A stretch of 64,000 nt of DNA, taken from NCBI GenBank assembly GCA_965649765.1, contig OZ287761.1, positions 13,144,001 through 13,208,000 on the forward strand, given 5' to 3'. Position numbers and translations under genes: made by a program. Within the stretch, counting starts at the first letter, position 1; every line of letters starts with the position of its first letter. Shown here in pieces: positions 63,210-64,000 of the stretch. The notes beneath the pieces are model-generated. The model did not search any database and was not told the origin of the DNA. It was given only the letters and a program-made list of their open reading frames with translations. This stretch comes from Bispira polyomma (lineage: Eukaryota).

Positions 63210-64000
63210 ACTGGGGTTTTCACTTGTCAGTTCTCATACATACACTGCTGATTATAATTGCTTTAATTTTTTTTTTACTGTTTTAATAATTTTTTCTTAA
63301 TTTCATACAATCTAATCACATATATATTTATATATTGAAATTGCTTTGAGTTTAAAGCAAGCATTTTATTGGTGTACGTTTAAAACAACAACACACACAT
63401 TTACTTTTACCCCAACTACAAAAACTGGCCTTAAAAATTGAAGCAGTTATAACAAAACATAATTTTGACAACCGGTGTACTGCTGTAAAAGTAAGGCAAA
63501 GTTAAACACCTCCCTTCTCATATACATACACTGATGGTCACAATGTGTGTCCAGGTCATGATTGGTTTATTTTTTTTCTTCGTTGGTTCTTTTCATTAAT
63601 TTGAACACAACATAAATATCTGTTACACTTGACTTTAACTAAGTGGTCTATTTACCTTAAATGACTATTAAATACACTTTTATTTTTTTTACAGTTTAAA
63701 ACATCAATACAAACCTTTACTCACCCTATAAAAATATGGCTTTAAAAATGATGCAACAATGGCCTGAATACTATTTTTACAAGCAGTATACAGTGATACA
63801 ACCCTTCACAGAAAAACCTTGGAAAGGAAATAGAAAAGGGCAATCAGTACCAGTACAAAAGCCAGAAAACTGGGAGGTGGAAGGGGGACTAGTACAAAAG
63901 CAAGAAAACTGGGAGAGGGAGCGGGAGGGGGGAATTTCTAATCAAACTTTATACATAGTACGTACATGGAAGACAACTTTTATTCTGTGTGTGTGAAAAA

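Noticed and set aside
34109-64000. CACNB exon 1 (MVQ...-type) and its promoter
   Set aside because: Searched by eye and found no matching peptide or CpG-rich promoter; probably beyond the window.

Overview
AT-rich animal genomic DNA, probably a lophotrochozoan such as a mollusc (inferred from the repeat types). There is no sign of prokaryotic operons, CRISPR or rRNA. Most or all of the window appears to be intronic sequence from the 5' part of a voltage-gated calcium channel beta-subunit gene (CACNB/Cav-beta) on the minus strand. The anchor is a 78-nt phase-0 exon at 34108-34031 encoding TKGKRHGKAKRSDGSFSDSSNSFIRQ, which matches vertebrate CACNB exon 2 (...KRSDGSTSSDTTSNSFVRQ|GSA/DS). The main finding is absent from the ORF track because it runs off the window without a stop. 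It is an uninterrupted minus-strand frame of about 4.4 kb (ATG 4423 to 29, 1465 codons) ending in a phase-0 CTG|GTAAG donor. That is the position and phase of the short alternative N-terminal exons of Cav-beta genes, so it is a candidate giant, mostly disordered Cav-beta N-terminus. It ends in a Munc13-like calmodulin-binding-type helix and a polybasic tail. The link to CACNB is inferred, because exon 3 lies outside the window. The rest is a dense transposable-element landscape: Helentron-type non-autonomous elements (HINEs, one carrying a 142-bp satellite just upstream of the giant exon), several MITE families, TAGAC-ended elements with 9-bp TSDs, a hAT-like element carrying a DIRS-like fragment, nested L2/CR1 and Tx1 LINE relics, tRNA-derived SINEs and minisatellites. 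Repeat boundaries were read by eye and are approximate.
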